Source of the DNA: a bacterium | GTDB taxonomy: Bacteria; SZUA-182; DTGQ01 | NCBI GenBank assembly: GCA_040752695.1 | Contig: JBFMGO010000023.1 | Span: 1-63,817 of the forward strand | DNA: 63,817 nucleotides | Direction: 5' to 3' | Part shown: positions 32,684 to 42,975 of the stretch, in pieces | Layout of the letters: every line of letters begins with the position of its first letter | Position numbering within the stretch: the stretch's first letter is position 1 | The notes under the pieces: generated by a model | Told to the model about the DNA's origin: nothing | Databases searched by the model: none | What the model saw: only the letters and a program-made list of their open reading frames with translations | Position numbers and translations under genes: made by a program

Positions 32684-32893
32684 AAAACGATCCGATCCAA
32701 GAGAGCAGAGTGGCGGCATTCAACCCGCTGCCCTGGTCAGGTGTCTCAAAAGATGATCTTTGCTTTCATTACAGCTTTATTTCTGATATATACTAAAATG
32801 GTAACATGACCAAACACATTTTGTAAATAATTATATTCTGTTTACTCATTTTTCGGAAGCAGGCAAACTGCTTTTTTCCCTCTTCCATACCCC

Positions 32894-33646
32894 TTACTTG
32901 CCGTCCTTGTTATCAGCAGGTGAAAGCTTCGAGCCGCACCATGGGCAATATTTCCACGAGCCGTTTTCCTCTTTCCTGCACTTGGGACACATCCTGGCCG
33001 GCACCAATGAGCTCAAGGGTAAGGTCCACTCAAAGACCTGATCTCCTACGTCGGGAACGTCCTTGAACCGGATCGAGAATGCACCCTCTTGCATAGCCTC
33101 GTATGCTTTCGTTTTTTCTTTCGTTCGAGACGGGAAAAGAAAAAAATTCATATTATCTCCCATACGTCCCAGCATATTCGAAAATATCGGCTTAATCATG
33201 ATGATTGCGTTCCGAACGCCCGCCTCGACATTATCCTCGTCTATGGGCTTATAAAGGTTGCCTGCCTTGTCCTCAAGAAAAACATGCTGCTGGAGCAATG
33301 ACTTTGATGTAAATGTCGGGAGCCCGGAGGAGGAAATCCTCCCATGAACCATAATAAAGGTCATATAAGGGTCGAAAATCTCCAATACTTCTTTGATTCG
33401 CTCGCCGGGGACACCGGCGCGCTCCAGAGTCAATTGCCACCACTCTCTGGGTATCCACTGAACAATGGCGATTACCCCCGGATCACTGGACATTTTCTGG
33501 CATTCATTCATCAGACCGATTAAATCATATCTTTGTTTTGCCTGACAGCTCGTAACAGCCATGTCCGGCATAAAGCCAAAAGTCAAAATAAGGCCGAAAG
33601 TCAAAAGAGAAATAATGATTACCCGCTGTCGAAATCGCGCTTTCAT
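32894..33646 (-). CDS. Exported hypothetical protein with C-terminal zinc-ribbon
   Basis: N-terminal signal/hydrophobic segment; CPKC...YCPWCG. Confidence 0.75.
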   Translation of the reverse strand: MKARFRQRVIIISLLTFGLILTFGFMPDMAVTSCQAKQRYDLIGLMNECQKMSSDPGVIAIVQWIPREWWQLTLERAGVPGERIKEVLEIFDPYMTFIMVHGRISSSGLPTFTSKSLLQQHVFLEDKAGNLYKPIDEDNVEAGVRNAIIMIKPIFSNMLGRMGDNMNFFLFPSRTKEKTKAYEAMQEGAFSIRFKDVPDVGDQVFEWTLPLSSLVPARMCPKCRKEENGSWKYCPWCGSKLSPADNKDGK

Positions 33647-34095
33647 GAGCCGCTCCTTTTACACCCCTTTTTATCTCTCCTTCCCTTTGGCGAAGGCAGA
33701 TTTTCCAATCTATTGTAAAAAGGAGGTGAATTTTCGATTGTTAAATATACGCTTAAGGCAATAATAGGCGGGATTTCCCCCCTCCTTAACAAGGCGGGCT
33801 TTCAAAGCCCAACCTTACCGAAAATTTTTTCACCACAGATACCATAAAGTCATAGTAATCTGCTGCAATTTTAGTAATTTCTTACTCTTATCCTGTATCG
33901 GGTCTTGAGTTGAATTAGGCTCAGCAACTCTTTACCTGCTTCTGAATGAGGGAAACGTAAAAGGAGGACGAGAGAAAAAAGAATGGAAGGAACTTTGATT
34001 AATTAACAGTCTTTTAAAATCACCTTTAAAAAATAGTCTTGACTATTTTATATTTTTATGGTACTAATTTTTAAGTGTAATCCTCTTCTTCTTTT

Positions 34096-34126
34096 GTAGG
34101 CGGGTCAATTTTATTGACCTGCCTAC
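34096..34126. terminator. Hairpin downstream of purM
   Basis: GTAGGCGGGTCAAT / ATTGACCTGCCTAC; T-run on the + strand. Confidence 0.6.
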
Positions 34127-34133
34127 CCCTTTT

Positions 34134-35279
34134 TTAGATTTTGTAAAAAGACCTGCCAACTCCTCTTAACTTTTTCGAAACCACATCCACTCTCTTTTCC
34201 GGTGATTTTTCGACCGTACCAATCGGCGAACAGGCAATACCGAATCGATTGCAGATGGTCCTGACTGAATCAAAATCGTCAGGATGGACAAGAACGCAAA
34301 AACCGACACCCATATTAAAAGTCCGAAACATCTCATCGTCACTGATCCTGCCGAGCTGCTGCATGAGGGGAAAAATAGGCGGGGGCTCAGGCAGGGAGGT
34401 GATGGAGAATTTAACATCGGCCTTGACGCGCAAAAGATTCAGCAACCCATCGCCGGTAATATTGATAAGTGCTTTGATTCTCAGGTCTTGAGCTAACAAT
34501 TCATTGACTGCCGGTACATAAATAACCGTCGGCGTCAATAGTTCTTCCCCCAGGGTCTTTTGCAGCTCCGCAAAGGAACTGTCCACCTTGTAGGCACCTT
34601 TTCCAAAGAAGATCTTTCTGGCCAGGGAGTAACCATTGCTGTGAAGGCCGCTGCTGGCTAAACCGGCAATAATGTCTCCATCGTCAAGATCGCTGCCTTC
34701 GATCACCTGGCGAGGGTCCAGGGTGCCTATGCCCATACCGGCTATATCGAATCCATAGCCTGGCCGCACTCCCTGGATCAGATCCCTGACCTGGGCGGTT
34801 TCCCCTCCCGGTATCGTGACTTTCGCCTGACGGGCTCCTTCCAGAAGGCCCTGCCCCAATTGGTCGAGCAGGTCTTCATGGGGTTCTTGAAGAGCGATAT
34901 AATCGAGAAAAGAGACCGGCTTTGCCCCGACGCAGATAATGTCGTTGACATTCATAGCCATACAGTCGATGCCAATAGTGTCGTATTTATTCATCATCTG
35001 GGCGATCAAAACCTTTGTCCCTACGCCATCGGCAGATACAGCAAGACCCATAGTGTCAGTGATCCTGATGATGTTGGCAAAATACCCGATGGAACTGAGT
35101 ACCTCGCCAGGGCCGTGCTGAACGAATTGAAAGGTTTTGGTCATGTATTTTTTTATGAAGTTTCCCAGTGATGCTTCCTCCCTGGAAATATCGACTCCTG
35201 CCTCCCTGTAGGAAAGACCCTGGGAGGGGTGGGTATGAGTGTGGATCTTTTCACTTTCGGATCGGTTTTTGCTTTCCAT
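34134..35279 (-). CDS. purM: Phosphoribosylformylglycinamidine cyclo-ligase (AIR synthase)
   Basis: SYREAGVDI, DGVGTK, AMNVND, GGETA, SSGLHSNGYSL, TFNMGVG. Confidence 0.93.
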   Translation of the reverse strand: MESKNRSESEKIHTHTHPSQGLSYREAGVDISREEASLGNFIKKYMTKTFQFVQHGPGEVLSSIGYFANIIRITDTMGLAVSADGVGTKVLIAQMMNKYDTIGIDCMAMNVNDIICVGAKPVSFLDYIALQEPHEDLLDQLGQGLLEGARQAKVTIPGGETAQVRDLIQGVRPGYGFDIAGMGIGTLDPRQVIEGSDLDDGDIIAGLASSGLHSNGYSLARKIFFGKGAYKVDSSFAELQKTLGEELLTPTVIYVPAVNELLAQDLRIKALINITGDGLLNLLRVKADVKFSITSLPEPPPIFPLMQQLGRISDDEMFRTFNMGVGFCVLVHPDDFDSVRTICNRFGIACSPIGTVEKSPEKRVDVVSKKLRGVGRSFYKI

Positions 35280-36138
35280 GGCTTCCCTTTAAATATTTTA
35301 AAAATTCGTTATCCTCTGAAAAAAGAAAGATGGTATTCTCTTTTAAGGTTTTTCTGTACGCATCGAGAGTTCTCACAAAGGAGTAAAAATCGGGGTTCTG
35401 GTTATAAGCATCAGCGTAAATCTTCATGGCTTTGGCTTCCCCTTCTCCCCTGATCTTTTGCGCTTTTTTGTAGGCGTCAGCCAGAATGATCTTTTTCTCT
35501 CTGTCTGCCTGCGCTCTTATCTTAAGTGCTTCCTCTTCTCCTTCCGAGCGGTATCTCCTGGCCTCCATCTGCTTTTCCTCCTGCATCCTTTCGAAAGCGC
35601 GCTTTTCGTCTTCAGGGGGAAGGTCAGATCTTTTAATGCGGATATCCAGAATCTCGATTCCATAACTCTGCACTTTTTTTCGGGACGCTTCGGTTACTTT
35701 TTCCATCATGGCTTGCCGGTCGTTTGTAATGACATCGGAAAGGTCTCGAAGTCCCAGTTGGGCCCTCAGCTCGGCATGGATAATATCATCCAGCCTGCTT
35801 TGCGCCTGGCTTTCACTGCCGACGGATTCCAGAAATTTGAGGGGGTCGGCAATTCTCCACTGGAAGTAGCTGTCGATCTCGATGTTCTTGTTATCTTTCG
35901 TTGAAATTTCGATAACGCTCGGGTTGTATTCCAACATGCGGTTATCGAATCTCACGACGCGCTGAACAAAGGGTTTCTTTGTCCTCAATCCGGGAGTAGT
36001 GATGACGCAGACAGGCTTTCCCATTTGCACCACTATGGCCTGCTCAGTCTCATCAACAATGAAGAAAGACTGGGCCAAACCGAGAGCGGTCGCAACCAGG
36101 ACAATAATACTTATGATCAAAAGCCTTTGTTTTTCCAT
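35251..36138 (-). CDS. hflC: FtsH modulator HflC
   Basis: N-terminal TM, SPFH domain, AYNQNPDFYSFVRTLDAY; follows hflK. Confidence 0.9.
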   Translation of the reverse strand: MEKQRLLIISIIVLVATALGLAQSFFIVDETEQAIVVQMGKPVCVITTPGLRTKKPFVQRVVRFDNRMLEYNPSVIEISTKDNKNIEIDSYFQWRIADPLKFLESVGSESQAQSRLDDIIHAELRAQLGLRDLSDVITNDRQAMMEKVTEASRKKVQSYGIEILDIRIKRSDLPPEDEKRAFERMQEEKQMEARRYRSEGEEEALKIRAQADREKKIILADAYKKAQKIRGEGEAKAMKIYADAYNQNPDFYSFVRTLDAYRKTLKENTIFLFSEDNEFLKYLKGSHGKQKPIRK

Positions 36139-36192
36139 AGGGATTCTACTTTATTGGTCTCGTTTACAAGTCTTATCAAAGAGGCTGCTTGT

Positions 36193-37317
36193 TTATTGCT
36201 GCACCCCGATAGTGCTGTTCGGGTCCGTTCTGAGGCCGTTACGGTTTTTGTCTCTCAAATCCTTGTTGGGCGTCATCTTATCTGCCGATGCTTCGTCTGT
36301 CAAGTTGCCGGATATCTCCTTCCAGAAAGGGAGGACTCCAATCAGTTCCCGCCCGGATTCCAGGATATACTTTTGAGCCTGCGGCAGGATCTGCTCGATA
36401 GTCTCAAGGTAAAGCCTCTTACGGGTAACTTCTTCGGCACCCTTAAATTGAGCACAATTCTGCAGGAAGCGAGCTGCATCTCCCTCAGCACGCCGAACGA
36501 TTTCATCGCGATAGCTTTCTGCTTCGTCAATCATCTGGTCGGCCTGTGCCCAGGCTTTTGGCAGTTCAGTATCGCGGTAACCATGGGCCTCGCTGATCAC
36601 CTTGTTTTTATCGACACTGGCAGTCACCACACTCTGAAAGGCATCTGCTGCCTCAGCCGGAGGTTGCACCTTCTGAAGCTCTATGGTTACAATCTTGAGA
36701 CCGGATTGGTAAAGATCCAGAGTTTGCTGCAAAAGGGTGCGGGCTTCCTGTTGAACCTGGTGTTTTCCACTGGTCAGAATATCCTCGATCTTATTTTTAC
36801 CGGCAATTTCACAGAGAACGGATTCGGCTGCATCCCGGATCGTCCTTTCCTGGTCTCGAATATGAAACAGGTAAGCCCGGGGATCTTTAATCTGATACTG
36901 TACCGTAAAGCTGATGTCAACAAGATTCTCATCTCTGGCCAGCATCCGGGCCTCCAGAGGGATCTGCCGGTATCTGGCCGGAGGTCCCTGATCAACGGTC
37001 CGAAAGCCGATTTCCAGGGATTTGATTTCCTTGACCTTAGGGCATGTTACCTTCTCGACAGGCAGAGGAAGATGATAGTGCAGCCCATCCTCGGTGATTT
37101 CCGTCATCTTGCCAAACCGCTGAACAATCCCGACTTCACCCGGCTTAACGATATAAAGGCCGCTCGCCAGCCAGATTACTACAAATCCGGCCGCAATCAA
37201 AAAGATCGTCTGCCAGGTCGGGCCTGTCATCTGCGGCGTTCGAAATTCGTCTCCCTTTTGAGCGGAGCGTTTTTCCTTTTCTTTATTTCTCTTAGCACTT
37301 AAATCTCGCCATTCCAT
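36193..37317 (-). CDS. hflK: FtsH modulator HflK
   Basis: SGLYIVKPGEVGIVQRFGK, SPFH domain, AEGDAARF, VTRKRLYLETIE. Confidence 0.9.
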   Translation of the reverse strand: MEWRDLSAKRNKEKEKRSAQKGDEFRTPQMTGPTWQTIFLIAAGFVVIWLASGLYIVKPGEVGIVQRFGKMTEITEDGLHYHLPLPVEKVTCPKVKEIKSLEIGFRTVDQGPPARYRQIPLEARMLARDENLVDISFTVQYQIKDPRAYLFHIRDQERTIRDAAESVLCEIAGKNKIEDILTSGKHQVQQEARTLLQQTLDLYQSGLKIVTIELQKVQPPAEAADAFQSVVTASVDKNKVISEAHGYRDTELPKAWAQADQMIDEAESYRDEIVRRAEGDAARFLQNCAQFKGAEEVTRKRLYLETIEQILPQAQKYILESGRELIGVLPFWKEISGNLTDEASADKMTPNKDLRDKNRNGLRTDPNSTIGVQQ

Positions 37318-37491
37318 ACCAAGGGGTCCTTCTTTAAAACTGCGGGCTTCTTTTAAGGATTCACGTTCTTTTTTTAAGTCGCGGTCTTTTCGTTTCTTCC
37401 TTAAGTCGCGGTCTGAAGTCGCGCTTTTTCAAGCTCTCATCTCATGGTTTTTTTTCAGGCTCCAAAAGAAGATGCTCGTCTCGAAAGATAC

Positions 37492-39063
37492 TCATCTCAT
37501 GGGTTTTTTAAGGCCCTTTTGAAGCCGTTCAATAGCCATGGGCAGGTGCTCGATAAGATCAGCGGCTAAAAGGCCGTACTCTCCCTTGTGCTCCCGCACC
37601 AGATCACCGGAAAAGCCATGCAGGTATACGCCTGCCAGCACTGCCTGCAATTTGGGAACCCCCTGCGCCAGGAGCCCTCCGATTACACCGGTGAGAACAT
37701 CACCTGTTCCTCCTGTGGCCATACCCGGATTTCCGGTCGGATTGATGAAAACATTCCCTTCGGGGTCAGCAACAAGTGAACGGAATCCTTTCAGGAGCAC
37801 ATAGCAGTTCAATTCCATGGCAGCCCTGCGGCTCATCTCCAGCCGGTTCCCGATGATTGCCTGAAGATCGATCCCCAGCAGCCGGGAAAGTTCTTTCGGG
37901 TGAGGTGTCAGGACGATCGGCTGTTTGGCCTCTTTTAAGATACCGGACTGTGCTGCCAGCACATTGATACCATCCGCATCAAGAACGACAGGGATGCTTG
38001 CTTTATGAATAATCCATGAAACGAGCTCCTTCACTTCCGGATGCACGCCGACCCCAGGGCCAATTGCCAGCGCGCTCATGCGGGGCAAAAGCCCCTCAAT
38101 GGCGGTTAAGGCACTGGCCGAAAAGGTCTTTTCATCCGTCTCAGGCAAAGGATAGGTCATCACCTCGGTGAGCTTCATTTCCATGATTGTGTTCAGGCTT
38201 TCGGGAATACCTAACGTAACCAGCCCTGTGCCGACGCGGGCGCCGGATTGGCTAGTCAGATAGGCTGCACCGGTTTTTCCTAGAGAGCCAGCCAGAACCA
38301 GAAGATGGCCGTATGTACCCTTGTGGGATTCAAGTGGACGGCGCGGCCAGCAGTTTTGGAGTGATGGCGCATCGATCAGATCAAGCTGGATCTTTTCCTT
38401 TTGCACGGCCACCTCCGGAATGCCGATATCTACAATCTCCAGCTTTCCGCACGACAGACAGGCAGGAGGAAGCACATGGGCCAGCTTTGGCAGGGCGAAA
38501 GTGACCGTCAGGCTAGCGTCGATGTGCGGTCCCGAAAAGTAAGCCAGATCTGCACTCAAGCCCGAAGGAAGATCGATGGAAACAATCGGCTTTCCAGCGC
38601 CGTTGAGAAGCTCGATCACTTCGGCAGCCAATCCGCGAACCGGCGGAGTCAGGCCGGTGCCGAAAAGAGCATCCACCAGGATGTCTGTATCAAGCAGCGC
38701 CTCTTGCTGATTGTGCAAATCTTCAGGGGTAAGAATGGTGCTCAACGCCAGGTTCAGCTTCTGGATAATCCGGATATTGGTTTTCGCATCACCTGACAGG
38801 GATTCCGGCTCAGCCAAAAGGAAAATACGTACATCGGCAGCCATCGCCGATAAATGCCTGGCCACAACCAGGCCATCCCCCCCATTGTTTCCCTTGCCAC
38901 AAACGATCGTTACCCTCCGCTGTGGCAGATCCGAAAAGTGCTGAAGCATTTTGGCCACTACCTGTCGCCCGGCGTTTTCCATCAGCACGATTCCAGGCAG
39001 GCCGATCTCTTCAATGGTATACCTGTCCAGTGCCTGCATCTGCCTGGCTGTAGCCACTTTCAT
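37492..39063 (-). CDS. nnr: Bifunctional NAD(P)H-hydrate epimerase/dehydratase
   Basis: LMENAG, GKGNNGGDG, DALFGTG, HKGTYG, DADG, TPHPKE, MATGGTGDVL. Confidence 0.93.
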   Translation of the reverse strand: MKVATARQMQALDRYTIEEIGLPGIVLMENAGRQVVAKMLQHFSDLPQRRVTIVCGKGNNGGDGLVVARHLSAMAADVRIFLLAEPESLSGDAKTNIRIIQKLNLALSTILTPEDLHNQQEALLDTDILVDALFGTGLTPPVRGLAAEVIELLNGAGKPIVSIDLPSGLSADLAYFSGPHIDASLTVTFALPKLAHVLPPACLSCGKLEIVDIGIPEVAVQKEKIQLDLIDAPSLQNCWPRRPLESHKGTYGHLLVLAGSLGKTGAAYLTSQSGARVGTGLVTLGIPESLNTIMEMKLTEVMTYPLPETDEKTFSASALTAIEGLLPRMSALAIGPGVGVHPEVKELVSWIIHKASIPVVLDADGINVLAAQSGILKEAKQPIVLTPHPKELSRLLGIDLQAIIGNRLEMSRRAAMELNCYVLLKGFRSLVADPEGNVFINPTGNPGMATGGTGDVLTGVIGGLLAQGVPKLQAVLAGVYLHGFSGDLVREHKGEYGLLAADLIEHLPMAIERLQKGLKKPMR

Positions 39064-39590
39064 TTCTCTCCCCCCGTTTTCTGTCCCAATAACCTTTTAA
39101 GACTCCTGCGCATCTCTACCCAGTGTGTTCCCCGCCAGTATACCTTGCGGCAGGCGGGACACACGTAAAATTCCTGCTCCGTATCAAAAATATAGGCTGG
39201 AACACGGGTTTCGATTTGCGCCTTGTCTGCTTTTTGCAGCACCGTATTGCAATCCAGGCACCGGCCCAAGGCCGAAGGGTGATCATCGATATTAGCTTCC
39301 TGAAAGATCTGATCCTTGATATCGGCGACATCAGCTTCCTGAAAGACCTGCTTCAATTGCTCCTCGTAAAGATCATGGGCAATCAGAATAGCCCTTAAGC
39401 TCCTCTTCCGGCTGAGGTCAAACAGTGCGCGGTCTCGGGTTAACAGTATCCGGTTTTCCCTTTTAGCCCGCTCCAAAAGATCGGGATCACTGACCTGGCG
39501 AAAGTACAGGGTATCGAAGCCGCATATTCTCAGCCACCGGCTCAGTTTTCCCAGCATGCAATCTGCAATGAATCTTATCTCTGAAGCCAT
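39060..39590 (-). CDS. Mut7-C RNase domain protein
   Basis: FIADCMLGKLSRWLRICGFD, LLTRD, RC..CN, C..C.KVYWRGTH. Confidence 0.9.
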   Translation of the reverse strand: MASEIRFIADCMLGKLSRWLRICGFDTLYFRQVSDPDLLERAKRENRILLTRDRALFDLSRKRSLRAILIAHDLYEEQLKQVFQEADVADIKDQIFQEANIDDHPSALGRCLDCNTVLQKADKAQIETRVPAYIFDTEQEFYVCPACRKVYWRGTHWVEMRRSLKRLLGQKTGGEK

Positions 39591-39594
39591 ATCC

Positions 39595-39690
39595 CTTGAC
39601 TTCTGACTCTTGACTTACGGACTCTGATTCCTGGACTTTGATCCCTGAACTTTGATTTCCGACTTTTGACTCCTGGTTCCCGACTCCTCA
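39595..39690. repeat. Degenerate 7-bp-period tandem repeat (TGACTYY-like)
   Basis: ttgacttctgactcttgacttacggactctgattcctggactttgatccctgaactttgatt... Confidence 0.7.
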
Positions 39691-39948
39691 ATGTATAAGA
39701 TGTATAATCCGTATACCTTAGCATAGAGCTTCTTTTCAGGCAACTTTAATCTTTCGTGAATTAATCATTGCAAGGATTATAGAAGCCGGAAACCGTCAAA
39801 ATGCGGCTCTTGAGGGCATGTTCACTCACTGTAGCCTTATTTTCTTGGATTAAGTCGGAATTGTGGATATAATTATATGAAAACCCGTAAAAGAAAGCTG
39901 TGAATTCAAAGAAAAAGAATACTATCATTGATACCCTGGAGGAACGAG

Positions 39949-40248
39949 ATGACGAAGACGATACATGTTATCTTTGATGGCGAGGTACTGCGACCTGAAG
40001 AAGTAACCGGTTTAGAGCTTAATACTCGCTATTTAGTAACTATTGAACAAGAAGAAACATCAAGGGGAAAAAACCTTTGGGATGTGCTCAACGAACTTGC
40101 CGGGACAGTTGATGGGCCTGAGGACTGGTCAAGTGGGGTTTCGAGCATTGCTTTGCTGACATGCAGGACAACGAATGTCCTGCCCATCTTTGCCATAGGC
40201 AGGACATTTCCACTTCAGCTTGCAGGATATTCTAAGGCAAGTATTTAA
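39949..40248 (+). pseudogene. DUF104/AF2212-like antitoxin joined to a residual PIN toxin 3' end (toxin apparently deleted)
   Basis: MTKTIHVIFDGEVLRPEE...LAGTVDGPEDWS; an overlapping frame at 40130-40159 reads QVGFRALLC*. Confidence 0.6.
40174..40209. terminator. Hairpin after the TA remnant
   Basis: AATGTCCTGCC ... GGCAGGACATT. Confidence 0.55.
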
Positions 40249-40275
40249 AAAGCAGATATCCTGAAGGCAGATATC

Positions 40276-40749
40276 TTAAAGCCGGAACCACTTTCTGAGA
40301 TACTCTTCAATCTTTTCCTGATCGATCCCTACGATTCCTTTCCCCGTCAGACTGATCCGCAGGGAAATGGTAACTTCGTCATTCCATGGCCAGCATAAGG
40401 CAAAGAGGAATACCTCCCGGTTTGTATCCATAGCGAACACAGTTTGCCTGGGCTGAATACCGAAGGTCTTATCCAGCAATTTTCGGATTGGCGGTGGTGA
40501 CGATTTAACGGAATTTATGTCCCACTGATTAGGAAATCGGTGGTTAATCACAGTCAGGATTTCTTCTTCCATATCCTTCGGGAAGACCAAAAGGGGTACA
40601 TCAAACCGGTCATCCCATTCCCACAACAACCCCGGGGGCAGTTCAGCCAGAATCTGTTGACTGTAGGACTCAAGATCCTTTTGTATTTCCTCTCCTATCA
40701 TTAATTTTTCCGGAGCAGACATAAAATTATTTCTATCGTTCTTAATCAT
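40276..40749 (-). CDS. Hypothetical protein
   Basis: 157-aa ORF with GGAG upstream and protein-like composition (WEWDDRF, WPWND). Confidence 0.65.
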   Translation of the reverse strand: MIKNDRNNFMSAPEKLMIGEEIQKDLESYSQQILAELPPGLLWEWDDRFDVPLLVFPKDMEEEILTVINHRFPNQWDINSVKSSPPPIRKLLDKTFGIQPRQTVFAMDTNREVFLFALCWPWNDEVTISLRISLTGKGIVGIDQEKIEEYLRKWFRL

Positions 40750-40985
40750 TCTCCAAACTCTCTTTATGGGATTATAAAAAATACCTCAACGTATAGGACT
40801 CTCACCCAGAAGGCTGCTTCTTCTGGAGGAATCACTCGATCAGGGTAGAAGTCCTATCTCCCTGCCCTTAAGAGATCCTCACCTTCGGTCAGCATATGGA
40901 GCATTGAAAGCTAAAAAAGCACCCGTCTTTTTCCACGGCATTGTCATTACTTTCCGAGCTTCCCAAAACTCCTTTGAATATATGC

Positions 40986-41750
40986 TTACTGTAATTTTTC
41001 CAAAAAACTTCTTAAGGCCTGGTACCCTCCTTGCTCAATGGTCCGAAGAATAGCGCTCCCGATAACAGCAATATCCACCTTCCCGGCCAGGTATTCAAAA
41101 TCTTCTCGACTGGAAATGCCAAGTCCTATAGCCAGGGGTAAATCCGTTGCCTGACGGCAGCGGTGGATAAACTCGATGGTTTCCTGTGACAGATGCGTTT
41201 TGGCGCCGGTAACTCCTTTGCGGGCCACACAATAGAAAAACCCATTACCTGCTCCGGCAATACGGCGAAGCCGCTCCGGACTGGTGACAGGAGTCATGAG
41301 CAGGATAGGGGAAATCTGGTGGTTGTGGCACGCCTTAAGATACTCATCGCCTTCCTCCGGGGGGATATCCGGAACGATCAGTCCTGATCCTCCGGTTTGT
41401 CGTGTTTCCCGGACAAAAGTATCTACACCCCGGCTAAAGAGAATGTTGTAATAGGTCATAAAGAGAAAAGGAATGGGATAGCGGCTTGATGCCTCTTCCA
41501 TCAGGGACAGGCAATCCCTGACCCGTGTGCCTTGCTGAAGAGAAATTTGATTGGCCTTTAAAATCACCGGGCCATCAGCAATGGGCTCGCTGAAGGGAAT
41601 CTGCAGCTCAATCAGATCCACGCCCGCCTCGACCATAATCCGGATAATTTCTTTATTTCCTTCAAAATCCGGATACCCACACACCAGATGGGCCATAAAA
41701 AGAATTTCTTTGCTTTTTCTTTTTTCTCGGATATATTCAGTGAGATTCAT
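40986..41750 (-). CDS. trpA: Tryptophan synthase alpha chain
   Basis: ELQIPFSEPIADGPVI, MTYYN, VPDIPPEE, YCVARKGVTG, VIGSA; ATG 41750 overlaps the trpB end. Confidence 0.93.
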   Translation of the reverse strand: MNLTEYIREKRKSKEILFMAHLVCGYPDFEGNKEIIRIMVEAGVDLIELQIPFSEPIADGPVILKANQISLQQGTRVRDCLSLMEEASSRYPIPFLFMTYYNILFSRGVDTFVRETRQTGGSGLIVPDIPPEEGDEYLKACHNHQISPILLMTPVTSPERLRRIAGAGNGFFYCVARKGVTGAKTHLSQETIEFIHRCRQATDLPLAIGLGISSREDFEYLAGKVDIAVIGSAILRTIEQGGYQALRSFLEKLQ

Positions 41751-42975
41751 ATCTCTTTGCCTTTTCGATGATAAACTCCTTCCATCGGTCATCACCCAAG
41801 GCATCAGCTATGGTGAAAATGTCTTTATCTCCCCGGCCGGATTGATTGATGACCAGAATCGTATCCTTATCTAACGTTGGGGCTTCACGAAAAGCATAAG
41901 CAAAGGCATGTGCGGATTCCAGAGCAGGAATGATGCCCTCCTTTTTCATAGTCAGCCTTACCGCTTCAACGACTTCATCGTCCGTAGCTGCGTGGAACTG
42001 GACCCGGCCGGTTTCCTTCAACTGGGCCAAAATCGGGGATACTCCAACATAATCCAGTCCGGCAGCTACGGAATGAGTTGCATTCATTTGTCCTTCCTCA
42101 TTCTGCAAAAAATAAGTCTTATATCCTTGAGCCACTCCCAGTCGGGCATCTTTGGATGAGAGCCTGACAGCATGACGTCCGCTTTCCAGACCTTCCCCGC
42201 CGGCTTCAACTCCATGCAGCTCCACCTGGCTGTCTTCAAGAAACGCATAAAAAATGCCAAGAGCGTTGGACCCTCCACCTACGCAGGCATAGATCCGGTC
42301 CGGCAGACGCATCTCCCGCTGGAGCATCTGCTGCTTTACTTCCTGGCCTATGATGGATTGAAAATAGGTAACCATTTCGGGGAAGGGGTGGGGACCGCAT
42401 GCCGTACCCAGCACATAATGAGTTGTCTCCATGTTGGCACTCCAGTCACGCAGTGCCTCATTCATAGCGTCCTTCAGAGTACGGGACCCGTCCTTCACCG
42501 ATACTACCGTGGCTCCCAATTGCTCCATCCAGAAGACATTGGGCCTCTGGCGCTCTACGTCCACCTCTCCCATATAGATAGTGCACTTAAGGCCAAAGCG
42601 GGCAGCCATGGTGGCCGTAGCTACTCCATGCTGACCTGCTCCGGTTTCGGCAATGACCCGCTCTTTGCCCATCCGTCTGACGAGCAGGCCCTGACCCATG
42701 ACATTGTTGGCCTTATGGGCTCCCGTGTGGTTTAAATCTTCTCTTTTGATGTATATTTTTGCCCCCCCGAAATAGCGGGTTAAATTTTCGGCCAAAGTTA
42801 GAGGGGTAGGGCGGCAGGAGTAGGTTGACATCAATGAAATGTATTCAGACCAAAAGCCAGGGTCACTCTTGGCTGCATAAAATTCACGCTCTACCTGGGA
42901 CAGTGTAGCCACCAGGATTTCCGGTATAAAAGCACCTCCGAAGCGTCCATAATATCCATGCTTATCGGTCATCAT
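41737..42975 (-). CDS. trpB: Tryptophan synthase beta chain
   Basis: KREDLNHTGAHK (PLP Lys), AETGAGQHGVA, CVGGGSN, GLDY.GV, EGIIPALESAHA, SGRGDKD. Confidence 0.95.
   Translation of the reverse strand: MMTDKHGYYGRFGGAFIPEILVATLSQVEREFYAAKSDPGFWSEYISLMSTYSCRPTPLTLAENLTRYFGGAKIYIKREDLNHTGAHKANNVMGQGLLVRRMGKERVIAETGAGQHGVATATMAARFGLKCTIYMGEVDVERQRPNVFWMEQLGATVVSVKDGSRTLKDAMNEALRDWSANMETTHYVLGTACGPHPFPEMVTYFQSIIGQEVKQQMLQREMRLPDRIYACVGGGSNALGIFYAFLEDSQVELHGVEAGGEGLESGRHAVRLSSKDARLGVAQGYKTYFLQNEEGQMNATHSVAAGLDYVGVSPILAQLKETGRVQFHAATDDEVVEAVRLTMKKEGIIPALESAHAFAYAFREAPTLDKDTILVINQSGRGDKDIFTIADALGDDRWKEFIIEKAKRYESH

Noticed and set aside
36025..37302. 425-aa + strand ORF
   Set aside because: Antisense shadow of hflK with no recognisable motifs.
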